Shown: positions 1 through 9,416, numbered from the stretch's first letter. The stretch: 64,000 nucleotides of DNA from Nitrospirota bacterium (GCA_963721805.1 CAVRJY010000001.1:1216001-1280000), one strand, 5' to 3'. The notes: generated from the sequence alone by a model not told the origin. Translations and numbers: made by a program.

Positions 1-218
1 ACCGCGACCGAGATCGATATCTTGCCCCCCGCAAGCACGCGCGCGAAGACGTCGCGGCCCTTCTGGTCGGTGCCCAGCAGGTGCTCGCCGCCCGGCGAGA
101 GCTTAAGCTCATCGAGGCTTACCGTTACCGGGTCGTAGCGGCTGATATAGGGCGAAAGCAGCGAGAGCGCGAGCATCGCGCATATCACGAAAAGCCCGAT
201 CTTTCCCCTGAGGTCCAT
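1..218 (-). CDS. ABC peptide/nickel transporter permease (DppC/OppC family), 5' part, truncated by window edge
   Basis: Hand translation from ATG at 218: MDLRGKIGLFVICAMLALSLLSPYISRYDP...HLLGTDQKGRDVFARV; HxLGTDxxGRD is the OppC N-terminal signature; lies directly downstream of the DppB-like gene. Confidence 0.85.
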   Translation of the reverse strand, partial: MDLRGKIGLFVICAMLALSLLSPYISRYDPVTVSLDELKLSPGGEHLLGTDQKGRDVFARVLAGGKISISVA

Positions 219-221
219 CGC

Positions 222-1154
222 TTATGAGCCGCCCCCGTCGAGCCTCACGCGCGGGTCCATGAAGTGATAAGCGATGTCCACGAGCAGGTTAATCAGCACG
301 AATACGACCGTGCCCAGTATGATCGTGCCCATCACGACCGGGTAGTCGCGCTTGATGATGCCCTCCATCGCGAAGCGGCCGATGCCGTCCCAGCCGAAGA
401 TCGTCTCGGTCAGGACCGCGCCGTTAAGATAGCTGCCGAAATCGAGCCCGATGAGCGTGACTATAGGGATGAGCGCGTTACGGAGCACGTGCACGATGTT
501 TATGCGCATCACGCCCAGGCCCTTGGCGCGCACGGCCTGCAAAAAGGGCATGTCGAGCACCTCGCATACCGTCGTGCGCGTGACGCGTGCGATGCTCGTA
601 AGCGCCGGGAGGGCGAGCGTCATCGCAGGCAATATGATATACCGGAACTCTCCGGTGCCTGAGGGCGGGAGCAGCCGCAGGGTGAAGCTGAATAGCAGCA
701 TGAGCATCAGCCCGGTCCAGAACACCGGGGTGCTGATGCCGAGCACCGAGAGCGTCGTAATCGCGCGGTCCAGCCGCGAGCCCCGGTGGTATGCCGCGGT
801 GAACCCCGCGGCTATGCCGGGTATGACCGCCATCAGCATCGCTGTAAACGCCAGGGCGAGCGTGTTGGGGAATTTGTCCAGGAGGTCCGCCGAGACGCTG
901 CGGTTGGTGTAATACGACCGTCCCATCTCGCCTTGGGCAAGCAGCGAGACATAGCCCGCGTAGCGCATCGCCACGTTGCGGTCCGCCCCGATGCTGGCGC
1001 GGATGCGCGCTATCGTCTCTGGAGAGGCGCGCTCCCCTACCATGCTCGTTGCGGGGTCGCCGGGCAGGGCGCTCGTGAGCGTGAACGTAAGGAGGGTTAT
1101 CCCCAGTAAAAGGGGGATCAGGAGGAGCAGTCTTTTGAAAATATACCTTGCCAT
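222..1154 (-). CDS. ABC peptide/nickel transporter permease (DppB/OppB family)
   Basis: MARYIFKRLL start, PGDP, RAKGL...HVLRNAL, ETIFGWDGIG, RDYPVV, DPRVR motifs. Confidence 0.93.
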   Translation of the reverse strand: MARYIFKRLLLLIPLLLGITLLTFTLTSALPGDPATSMVGERASPETIARIRASIGADRNVAMRYAGYVSLLAQGEMGRSYYTNRSVSADLLDKFPNTLALAFTAMLMAVIPGIAAGFTAAYHRGSRLDRAITTLSVLGISTPVFWTGLMLMLLFSFTLRLLPPSGTGEFRYIILPAMTLALPALTSIARVTRTTVCEVLDMPFLQAVRAKGLGVMRINIVHVLRNALIPIVTLIGLDFGSYLNGAVLTETIFGWDGIGRFAMEGIIKRDYPVVMGTIILGTVVFVLINLLVDIAYHFMDPRVRLDGGGS

Positions 1155-1247
1155 GGCGGGCTTTTTTTAGCAGTGTTATGATACCGCTTCGGGCGGGCCA
1201 AAGACAAACCTCGCGGCCTGTAACCATGTGGTATAATTCTGCTTGAT

Positions 1248-2300
1248 ATGCAGGAGAAAGTCCTTGTAGCAGGCAATATCGCGATAGCCGAGGCCGCCAT
1301 AGCGGCCGGGTGCAGGTTCTATGCCGGGTATCCGATCACGCCCCAAAACGAGATCCCGGAGTTCATGTCATCGAAGCTCCCGCTGGCCGGCGGCACGTTC
1401 ATCCAGGCCGAGAGCGAGCTTGCGGCCATAAACATGGTCTACGGCGCATCGGCCACGGGCGCGCGCGCGATGACGTCGTCCAGCAGCCCCGGCATCAGCC
1501 TCAAGCAGGAGGGGATATCCTTTCTGGCGACCGCGGAACTGCCCTCGGTGATCGTCAACATGCAGCGCGGGGGGCCGGGGCTCGGGAACATCGCCGGGAG
1601 CCAGGCCGACTACTTTCAGGCCGTAAAGGGCGGGGGCCACGGCGACTACCACATGCTCGTGCTGGCCCCGTTCAACGTGCAGGAGCTATGGGACCTGACG
1701 ATGCTCGCATTTGACAAGGCCGACCAGTACCGCACCCCTGTGATGATATTGGGCGACGGGATCATCGGCCAGATGATGGAGCCGATAGTCAAGACCCCGT
1801 ACGTCCGGCCCGCGCTGCCAGCGAAGGACTGGGCGCTCACCGGGGCGAAGGGCCGCAAGCCCAACCTGGTGAAGACCCTGCATCTCGGCGAGGGCGACCT
1901 GGAGGCCCACTGCTGGAAGCTTCAGGAGAAGTACAAGGCATGGGCCCGCGACGAGGTCAGGTTCGAGAGCTATCAGACCGGGGACGCGGAGCTCGTGATC
2001 GTCGCGTTCGGCATCGCGGCCCGCATCGCGCTTTCGGCCGTCGAGCGGCTGAGGGCCGAGGGCCGCAGGGTGGGGCTGCTCAGGCCGATAACGCTATATC
2101 CGTTCCCCACCGACGCGATCCGGGCGCTCGCCACTGCGGGCCGCTCGATACTGACCGTGGAGTTCAACGCCGGGCAGATGGTCGAGGACGTCAGGCTCGC
2201 GGTCGAGGGCCGCTGCCCGGTGCTCCTGTATGCGCGGCCCGGCGGGACGATAGTTAACCAGGACGAGGTCTACGAGAAGGTCGTCGAGGCCATGGGCTGA
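1248..2300 (+). CDS. vorB: 2-oxoacid:ferredoxin oxidoreductase alpha subunit (VorB-like)
   Basis: GNxAIAEAA, YAGYPITPQNE, QAESE, TSSSSPGISLKQE, QRGGPGLG motifs. Confidence 0.88.
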   Translation: MQEKVLVAGNIAIAEAAIAAGCRFYAGYPITPQNEIPEFMSSKLPLAGGTFIQAESELAAINMVYGASATGARAMTSSSSPGISLKQEGISFLATAELPSVIVNMQRGGPGLGNIAGSQADYFQAVKGGGHGDYHMLVLAPFNVQELWDLTMLAFDKADQYRTPVMILGDGIIGQMMEPIVKTPYVRPALPAKDWALTGAKGRKPNLVKTLHLGEGDLEAHCWKLQEKYKAWARDEVRFESYQTGDAELVIVAFGIAARIALSAVERLRAEGRRVGLLRPITLYPFPTDAIRALATAGRSILTVEFNAGQMVEDVRLAVEGRCPVLLYARPGGTIVNQDEVYEKVVEAMG

Positions 2301-2414
2301 GGGCCCCCCGAAGGGCCTTTTTCCTGCCTGCGCTTTTTGTTTTTGGCGGCAGGTTTATGCTAATATACTCATCTTATGAACAGCTTATGTATATCAAGGA
2401 GGTTTTAAAATCAG

Positions 2415-2765
2415 ATGCCGAGGGCAAAAGGTGGATTTAAGACACGCAGGCGCAGGAAGAAGGTCCTGGAAAGCACGAAGGGCTATTACGGGAGCAAGAG
2501 CCGCCTGTTTCGCATAGCGACGGAGGCTCAGGACAAGGCGCTCCAGTACGCATACAGGGACAGGAAGAACAAGAAGCGCGAGTTCCGCGCGCTGTGGATC
2601 ATCAGGATCAACGCCGCCTCCAGGGCGCTGGGCGTCACGTACGGGCGGCTGATGAATTCCCTCAAGAAGGCCGGGATCGGTCTGGACAGGAAGGCCCTCG
2701 CTCACATGGCCTACCACGATCCGGCCGCGTTTAAGTCCCTCATCGAGACCGCAAAGACCGCGTAG
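2415..2765 (+). CDS. rplT: 50S ribosomal protein L20
   Basis: MPRAKGG...KGYYG...[29 protein letters not shown] Shine-Dalgarno upstream. Confidence 0.97.
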   Translation: MPRAKGGFKTRRRRKKVLESTKGYYGSKSRLFRIATEAQDKALQYAYRDRKNKKREFRALWIIRINAASRALGVTYGRLMNSLKKAGIGLDRKALAHMAYHDPAAFKSLIETAKTA

Positions 2766-3779
2766 ATGAAGGACCTCGCGGGGCTGAGGCAGGAGTTTCA
2801 GGCCGAGCTTGACGCCGCGTCCTCCGCAGATGACGTAGAACGCATCCGCATAAAGTATCTGGGCAAAAAAGGCACCTTAAGCGAGCTCCTCTCGGGGCTC
2901 GTTTCTTTTTCGCCCGAAGAGAAGAAGACCTTCGGCCGAGACCTCAACGACCTCAAGCGCCACGTCACCGAGGCCATAACCAGCCGCAAGGATTTGCTCA
3001 GGCTCTCAGAACTCGACCGCAAGCTCGCCTCCGATTCTCTGGACATCACGCTGCCGGGCAAGTACACCGAGATGGGCTCGCTGCACCCGATCAACCAGAC
3101 GATGGAGGAGATAGTCTCGATATTCACCTCGATGGGCTTCGGCGTGGCCGAGGGCCCTGAGGTCGAGACCGACTACCATAACTTCGAGGCCCTGAACATG
3201 CCCCGCTACCACCCGGCGCGCGACATGCAGGACACGTTTTATATAACCGAGGACTCGGTCCTCCGCACCCATACCTCGCCTGTGCAGATCAGGTCGATGC
3301 TCGGCAGAAAGCCTCCGCTTAGGATCATCGCGCCCGGTAGGGTCTATAGGTGTGACGCTGACGTCACGCACTCGCCGATGTTCCACCAGGTCGAGGGGCT
3401 CATGGTAGATACGGATATCAGCTTCAGTAACCTTAAAGCAATACTTGAGCTATTCATCCATAAGTGCTTTGGCCCAAAGATTCCTGTCCGCTTCAGGCCC
3501 GCGTTTTTCCCGTTCACGGAGCCCTCGGCCGAGCTCGACATGGGCTGCATATTCTGCTCTGGAAAAGGGTGCCGGGTCTGCAAGACCACGGGCTGGCTCG
3601 AGATCCTCGGCGCTGGCATGGTCAACCCCAACGTGTTTCGCATGGTCGGGTACGACCCGGACGTATATACCGGCTTCGCCTTCGGCATGGGGGTCGAGCG
3701 GATAACGATGCTCAGGCACTCGATCGACGATATCCGCCTGTTCTTCGAAAACGATTTACGGTTTTTGTCGCAGTTCTGA
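2766..3779 (+). CDS. pheS: phenylalanine--tRNA ligase alpha subunit
   Basis: HPARDMQDTF, LRTHTSPVQ, HSPMFHQVEG, FPFTEPS, GFAFGMGVER. Confidence 0.97.
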   Translation: MKDLAGLRQEFQAELDAASSADDVERIRIKYLGKKGTLSELLSGLVSFSPEEKKTFGRDLNDLKRHVTEAITSRKDLLRLSELDRKLASDSLDITLPGKYTEMGSLHPINQTMEEIVSIFTSMGFGVAEGPEVETDYHNFEALNMPRYHPARDMQDTFYITEDSVLRTHTSPVQIRSMLGRKPPLRIIAPGRVYRCDADVTHSPMFHQVEGLMVDTDISFSNLKAILELFIHKCFGPKIPVRFRPAFFPFTEPSAELDMGCIFCSGKGCRVCKTTGWLEILGAGMVNPNVFRMVGYDPDVYTGFAFGMGVERITMLRHSIDDIRLFFENDLRFLSQF

Positions 3780-3795
3780 TCCCTCCTGCAAAGCC

Positions 3796-3955
3796 GCGCT
3801 AAATACGCGTGATACGTTGTCACGGCTCGCCGCCTCGTCCTCAACGTACGATACAGTACGCCTCCGGGCGGTCTGCTCGCCGCTCCTAGTCTGACGCGAT
3901 TTATCGCGCTTTAAGTTTGCATTGCGTAATCGTGCGAGCGGTCAACGGCATTATT
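3796..3955 (+). repeat. 'End A' structured repeat, copy 1 (about 160 bp)
   Basis: Aligns by eye with the reverse complement of 37633-37793, e.g. shared GCGTGATACGTTGTCACGGCT, CCTCCGGGCGGTCTGCTCGCCG, CGTGCGAGCGGTCAACGGCATTATT. Confidence 0.9.
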
Positions 3956-3998
3956 CACCCCGGTATACTGTCCGCGCAATCCGGTGTCTTATCCAGTA

Positions 3999-4657
3999 AT
4001 GTGCGGACGGTTTGAACTCCACAGCCCGATAGATCGGATAATCAAGACCTTCGGTGTGAAGAATTCAGTTGTTGAGTTTGCGCCGCGCTATAACATCAAA
4101 ATATACTCATAGTTACCTCAGAGGGACACGTCAATCGTTTGCTGATCGCGAGGTGGGGTTTGATACCGGTATGGTCAAAGGACCCGCGCATAGGCAGCCG
4201 CATGATTAACGCAAGGGCCGAGACCCTGACAGAGAAACCGTCATTCAAGGGCCTGCTGAAGAAGCATCGCTGTATTGTAGTCGCGGACGGTTTCTTTGAA
4301 TGGAAGCACGAGGGCGTGCGGAAGATACCGATGTATATCACGCTTAAGGGGAGGCAGCCCTTCGGGTTTGCGGGGCTTTTCAGCTTGTGGAAAGATCCTG
4401 ACGGCGAGACGGTGCCGACCTGCACGATCATCACCGTAGCCGCCAATGTGGCTCTTCAGGTCGTGCATGACCGGATGCCCGCGATCCTGTCGAAAAAGGA
4501 TGAGGCGCGGTGGATTGATGCTGAGCAGGATTATTCCATAATCTTGCCCGAAGTGCTCAGGCCATACCCGCCGAAGGAAATTGTCTGTTATGAGGTTCGC
4601 CCGCCGGTTAACAGTACGTCGAATGATATCCCGGAAAACATCAAGAGGATTGCATAG
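3999..4657 (+). pseudogene. SOS response-associated peptidase (SRAP/YedK/HMCES family), frameshifted near 4097
   Basis: ATG 3999 reads MCGRF...PRYNI then stops at TAG 4110-4112; a second frame continues QNILIV...RWGLIP...INARAET...HDRMPAIL to 4657. Confidence 0.85.
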
Positions 4658-4710
4658 GCGTCCATATACCCTTACTTGCCGCGATAAACGATTCACGGGT
4701 TTGCCTGTGC

Positions 4711-5234
4711 ATTAACTATAGTTAATCGTAAGTTAATAGAAAACGCACGGCCCATCATTTTTCCTATCAACTCCGGTTTATATATAAACCGTAGTATATC
4801 GCTTTTTTCATTTCGTTATGCTTCAATACACAATGACTATGACAGGCTCATTTTTGATAGCGCTGAAAACGAGGGCGGAGGCCGATGGACAGCGCGAAAA
4901 ACGTATCCGAACATCCGAACACGGGAGAGGTCAAATTAGCGATGTTTTTCGGTACCTTGGACTGTTTTTTGTCTGTTCATTCGAACGCAATAAAAAACGC
5001 GCGCGCACGCGCGCGGAATGCCTATGTATGCCTAAGCGCGGACATCAGAACATGCCTTTGACCTTGTGGGGCGCGGGGGGCGTCCGTTCGTCCGTGCCCC
5101 CCGAAAGCGCGGCCAAATCGTCTTCAGACAAGGCAGGGCGAGAAGACCGCCCGATGGTGTACTGTGAGCGTACATAGAGGGCGAGTCTTCGATGCCCAAC
5201 GCAGTATCAAGCGATTTGGAGCGCTTTCAAGGAG
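4711..5234 (+). repeat. 'End B' composite repeat, copy 1 (about 520 bp)
   Basis: Colinear conserved blocks with the reverse complement of 35038-35618: two AT-rich palindromes, ATCCGAAC repeats, CG tract, terminal structured unit of about 125 bp. Confidence 0.88.
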
Positions 5235-5268
5235 CTCCCCTTAAGCAGTATGGGTTACGAAATGGGAT

Positions 5269-5326
5269 GTACATAGAGGGCGAGTCTTTGAAGCCCAACG
5301 CAGTATCACGCGATTTGGCGCGCTTT
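5269..5326 (+). repeat. 58-bp direct duplication of the distal half of the end-B terminal unit
   Basis: GTACATAGAGGGCGAGTCTT...GCGATTTGG.GCGCTTT at 5170-5227 and 5269-5326, with few mismatches. Confidence 0.85.
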
Positions 5327-5400
5327 GATAAATGTGTAGAGATAGCATTTTTCAGTCTCGCATCATTGACCATATGGTTGCTCAGGTGGTAAAATTGAAG

Positions 5401-6216
5401 ATGGCTAGATCCATGCTCATTTCACTATGTATGGTCTTGTTAGTTGCTCAGTCCGCCTGGGCCGACGTCTACAAATACGTCGACAGCTCCGGCACTGTCA
5501 CACTCACTGACGTCAAGACCCCGACCACCGAGCCCGGCCACGTGCTGGCGCGGATATACAGGGTCAGTACGGCGCCTTCCTACACCCCGCCGGACAAGTA
5601 TACCTATCCCGATTCTCATCTCAGGATCTCCCCGGCTCGCAGCGAGAGGTACCGTGACATGATCGACGACCACGCGAGCGAGCACGGGCTGGACCCCCGG
5701 CTGCTGGAGGCCGTCATCACCGCGGAGTCGAACTTCAACCAGACGGCTATATCGAACAAGGGCGCGCTGGGGCTGATGCAGCTCATGCCGGACACCGCTT
5801 CGCTGATGGGGGTGAGAAACCCCTTCAACGCCGACGAGAACATCTCGGGCGGAGCGCGGTACCTGCACGCGATGCTGGACCGCTTCGGCGGCAACCTGAC
5901 GCTCGCGCTCGCGGCCTATAACGCCGGGCCGCAGAACGTAGAGAAATACGGCACGGTCCCGCCGTTTGCCGAGACGCAGAACTATATCAGGCGGATCTAT
6001 TCGCTCTATAAGGGCGAGAAGCGCCTGAAGGGATACTCCTCGGAGGCGTCGTTCAAGCCGGCCACGATCGTGACCCAGTCGGCGGTCGTCTCGGCCTCGG
6101 TGACTCCGCCTCCGAAGGCCAAGAAGGAACCGATCTACAAGATGGTCCTCGCCGACGGCACGATACTCTATACAAATAACGCGTATGCCGGCAGGGCTGG
6201 AAACGCGGCGCGGTAA
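5401..6216 (+). CDS. lytic transglycosylase (SLT domain) with signal peptide and DUF4124-like N-terminal segment
   Basis: AESNF, GALGLMQLMP, LAAYNAG, ETQNYI motifs; ADVYKYVDSSG segment; start chosen at ATG 5401 behind TGGTAAAAT. Confidence 0.9.
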   Translation: MARSMLISLCMVLLVAQSAWADVYKYVDSSGTVTLTDVKTPTTEPGHVLARIYRVSTAPSYTPPDKYTYPDSHLRISPARSERYRDMIDDHASEHGLDPRLLEAVITAESNFNQTAISNKGALGLMQLMPDTASLMGVRNPFNADENISGGARYLHAMLDRFGGNLTLALAAYNAGPQNVEKYGTVPPFAETQNYIRRIYSLYKGEKRLKGYSSEASFKPATIVTQSAVVSASVTPPPKAKKEPIYKMVLADGTILYTNNAYAGRAGNAAR

Positions 6217-6234
6217 ACTGTTATAACATCCTCC

Positions 6235-7212
6235 ATGCTCAAAGAAATCCTGAGGTTCAAGTCCGAACGCCGCGCCCTGATCGTCGCCCATAACTACCAG
6301 CGCGACGAGGTGCAGGAGATCGCGGACTTCTGCGGCGACTCGCTCGAACTCTCGCGCATCGCGTCGACGGCCGAGTGCGAGGTGATCGTGTTTTGCGGCG
6401 TGGATTTCATGGCCGAGAGCGCATCGGTGCTATGCCCTGACAAGACCGTGTTGCTGCCCGAGATCGGGGCCACCTGCCCGATGGCGGACATGATCCGCAC
6501 GGACGAGCCCCGGCGCGTCTGGAAGGAGTTCCCGGGCTATAGCGTGCAGCCGATGCTCCGCTACCCGATCGAGTATACCCTCAGGCAGATCAAGGCCGAG
6601 CACCCCGGTGCGCCGGTGGTCACCTACGTCAACACGACCGCTGCGGTGAAGGCCGAAAGCGACGTCTGCTGCACCTCGGCCAACGTGATCGAGGTCGTAA
6701 ACTCGATGCCCGGCGAGAAGGTCATCTGCGTGCCGGACCGCAACCTCTCGGCATGGGCGCAGAGGAACACGACAAAGCAGATCATAAGCTGGGACGGGTT
6801 CTGCCACGTCCACGACCGCGTGACCGCCTCTGACATCGAGGCCGCGAGGCGCGAGCATCCCGGCGCGGTGCTGATGGCGCACCCCGAGTGCAGGCCCGAG
6901 GTGCTTGCCCTGGCCGACCACGTGACGAGCACCTCAGGGATGCTCAGGTTCGCGAAGCAGTCAGGTAGCCGCGAGTTCATCGTCGGCACAGAGATCGGCC
7001 TGATGTACAGGCTTAGGAAGGACAACCCTGATAAGGTCTTCCATGCGCTTCGCAAAGACATGATCTGCCCGAACATGAAGAAGACCACGCTGCGAAGCGT
7101 GCTTGCCGCTCTTCAGGAGATGAAGCACGTGGTCAAGGTCCCTGAGGACATACGCGTGCCCGCCAAGCGCGCGCTGGACCGGATGCTCGAGATCAGCGCG
7201 ATCAAGAAGTAA
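6235..7212 (+). CDS. nadA: quinolinate synthase A
   Basis: AHNYQ, GDSLELS, FCGVDFMAE, CPMA, YVNT, AHPEC, CPNMK. Confidence 0.96.
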   Translation: MLKEILRFKSERRALIVAHNYQRDEVQEIADFCGDSLELSRIASTAECEVIVFCGVDFMAESASVLCPDKTVLLPEIGATCPMADMIRTDEPRRVWKEFPGYSVQPMLRYPIEYTLRQIKAEHPGAPVVTYVNTTAAVKAESDVCCTSANVIEVVNSMPGEKVICVPDRNLSAWAQRNTTKQIISWDGFCHVHDRVTASDIEAARREHPGAVLMAHPECRPEVLALADHVTSTSGMLRFAKQSGSREFIVGTEIGLMYRLRKDNPDKVFHALRKDMICPNMKKTTLRSVLAALQEMKHVVKVPEDIRVPAKRALDRMLEISAIKK

Positions 7213-7271
7213 TCGAATGGGGCCAGCCGCGCCCCGCGTAAGCGGCCGCTTTCTATCTGGTAATATAATGA

Positions 7272-8288
7272 ATGTCCGCGACCGAGTATCTGTACCTTAA
7301 GTTTTCCTCGTACGCCGGGATGTTCGCGCTTCAGGCCGCGCTGCACTCGCTGGTCGCGATGGTGCTGGCCGAGAGCGCGATCATCGCATGGGAGATCGGG
7401 GACCCGGCCGTGCGCCAGCGCTTCAGGTTCCTCGTGATCCTCGTGCCGATAGCGTTCTTCCCGCTCTACCAGTTCGTCGATCCGCACCGCGGGGACGTGT
7501 ACTTCAGGTTTATGAGCCTGATGGACTCTAACCGCTGGTTTTTCCTCGAGCCGGTAAGCGGCATGCCGGTACTGCTCGCGGTGCTCGCGATATTCGCGCT
7601 CACCGCGGCCGTGTTCTTCCTGCAGGAGCTGATGCCGATAGCCATGCACCTGGTCGAGAAGGGCAGGGGCGGGGCGGATGGCGAACCCGGTGAGGTGGAC
7701 GAGGCCTCGGAGCGGAAGGTGCAGGAGGCGCTCGACGGCCTGCCGATAGGCATGGACACGGTCGACATATTCGAGGACGCGGAGCTGGTCATATTCTCGT
7801 CGACCGGTTTCGACCCGAAGGTGCACGTATCGACCGGACTTGCAGGGGCCTTTACGGCCGGGCAGCTGCGCGTCGCGATAGCGCACGAGATCGCCCATAT
7901 CCAGCGCAGCAGGAAGCCGTTTCTTATCGTCGCGTACCTGCTGAGGATGATCGCGTTTTATAACCCGGTATCGCTCGTGGTCTTCCGCAAGCTCGCGCAG
8001 GAGGAGGAGATGGTCTGCGACGACATCGCGGTGCAGATCACCGGCGACCGCGAGTCGCTCGCGGATGCGGTCAACCTGCTGCGGCCCGAGGATGACGAGC
8101 GGGCCCCGGATGACGAGGCGCGCGGCATCGGCCGGATGGTCTCGGCCGTTGAGCGCTACGGCCTCGACCTGATGCTCGCGCACAGGGCCGAGCGCATCGC
8201 CGAGCCCCGCGACGACGAGTCGCACTGGAGGCTCCCATACCTCGTCACGCTCGCGAGCATTGTCGGGGTCAACTACTTCGTGGTTTAA
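7272..8288 (+). CDS. membrane zinc metallopeptidase, M56 (BlaR1-like)/M48 family
   Basis: HEIAH motif, YNP...EEEMVCD, several hydrophobic helices. Confidence 0.75.
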   Translation: MSATEYLYLKFSSYAGMFALQAALHSLVAMVLAESAIIAWEIGDPAVRQRFRFLVILVPIAFFPLYQFVDPHRGDVYFRFMSLMDSNRWFFLEPVSGMPVLLAVLAIFALTAAVFFLQELMPIAMHLVEKGRGGADGEPGEVDEASERKVQEALDGLPIGMDTVDIFEDAELVIFSSTGFDPKVHVSTGLAGAFTAGQLRVAIAHEIAHIQRSRKPFLIVAYLLRMIAFYNPVSLVVFRKLAQEEEMVCDDIAVQITGDRESLADAVNLLRPEDDERAPDDEARGIGRMVSAVERYGLDLMLAHRAERIAEPRDDESHWRLPYLVTLASIVGVNYFVV

Positions 8289-8294
8289 TAGTCG

Positions 8295-8840
8295 ATGCCA
8301 CGCTCCGCGACAGCGAAGACTTTGATGGGATTATTGAAGTTCGCCCTGATGGCCGCGCTGACGGTCGCGGTGATCTCGCTCCTGAACCGCTTCGTGACCT
8401 CGGCCGCCACGGGGTTCGCGAGGAAGTACGACACGGTCGACGATGCGCGCCGCTCCATCGGTGCGCGCGAACTCCTCATCCCGTCATATTTCCCTGAGGG
8501 CATCTCGTGGCCCCCCTCGCTCATAATCGGCCAGCAGCGGCCGTTCCGCGCCGCGGTCATGGAGTTCAGCTCACCCTCCACGCACGATACGATCCTTGTG
8601 ATCGAGCAGTCCGAACTCGCGGCCAGGGACGACAAGCTCCTGCGCATCTCCCTCGATAATGTCGTCGAGGAGACGGCATACAACTTCAAGGGCAGAAGCT
8701 CGGTCCTGCAGGTCGGCTCATGCAGCGGCCACGCGCCGTGCAGCCGCATCACATGGCTTCAGGACGGCGAGCACCACACCGTGCTCCTGCTGTCATCCCC
8801 GTTTGAGCTCGTGAAGATCGCAGAGAGCATGGTCCGCTAA
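8295..8840 (+). CDS. hypothetical membrane-anchored protein
   Basis: 181-aa ORF 6 nt after the peptidase; N-terminal hydrophobic helix. Confidence 0.65.
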   Translation: MPRSATAKTLMGLLKFALMAALTVAVISLLNRFVTSAATGFARKYDTVDDARRSIGARELLIPSYFPEGISWPPSLIIGQQRPFRAAVMEFSSPSTHDTILVIEQSELAARDDKLLRISLDNVVEETAYNFKGRSSVLQVGSCSGHAPCSRITWLQDGEHHTVLLLSSPFELVKIAESMVR

Positions 8841-8909
8841 GCCGGATTTCTTCCCGTCTGATCCGTAAATCCCCCTCGCTGTCCCGCTAAGCACGCTTTC
8901 CCGCTCATC

Positions 8910-8976
8910 TAGGAACTTTTTCCTATGGAAATCGGACTGTATTCCTATTTTCATCCCCCTTAGGCGCTGATAGACT
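8910..8976 (+). promoter_or_regulatory. putative tandem regulator sites plus extended -10 for the cytochrome cluster
   Basis: TAGGAA-N4-TTCCTA (8910-8925), TCGGAC-N4-TTCCTA (8932-8947), TGaTAGACT (8968-8976). Confidence 0.5.
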
Positions 8977-9079
8977 TGAAGGCAAGAGAACGAAGGAGGA
9001 AAAGGAGATGGAGACAGGAACTCAGGAGATCGGATGCGGGTATCACGAGTCAGGCATCAATTTCAGAGGAGGCATCGAC

Positions 9080-9352
9080 ATGAGCGGATCGACGAGGAAG
9101 ACAGGACTGACGGTATTGGTGGCCACGCTGTTCATTGTGGGCGTGGCACTTTCGGTTGCGCTCCCGTATGGCGTCGGGACGATGGTATTTCTCTTCATGC
9201 TCGCGTTTTGCGGAGCGGTCTATGCGGTGGGCGTGGCATGCTTCGGCCTGTTGAGGGAACTCATGGGCAGGAGCGTCTCGTTTGGGTACTTGCCGGGCGA
9301 GGCCTACATGACCGGCAAGAAGTCCCGCAAGCAGGTCTGCCGGGGACGTTAA
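9080..9352 (+). CDS. small membrane protein, paralog 1
   Basis: GGAGG SD before ATG 9080 (alternative start 9008); ALSVALPYG shared with 9850 ORF. Confidence 0.7.
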   Translation: MSGSTRKTGLTVLVATLFIVGVALSVALPYGVGTMVFLFMLAFCGAVYAVGVACFGLLRELMGRSVSFGYLPGEAYMTGKKSRKQVCRGR

Positions 9353-9416
9353 GCAGGACAACGACGCCAAGCCCGAGGGGCAGTAAGGTTTTATAAAGGC
9401 GAAGGAAAGAAGGTCG

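Noticed and set aside
3796..3955. End A as an integron attC site
   Set aside because: I could not identify RYYYAAC/GTTRRRY core boxes, there is no intI gene, and the units are inverted around the cargo rather than in direct array.
5170..5326. Possible CRISPR array (58-bp repeat, 41-bp spacer)
   Set aside because: Only two imperfect units, longer than typical CRISPR repeats, part of a larger repeat element, and no cas genes in the window.
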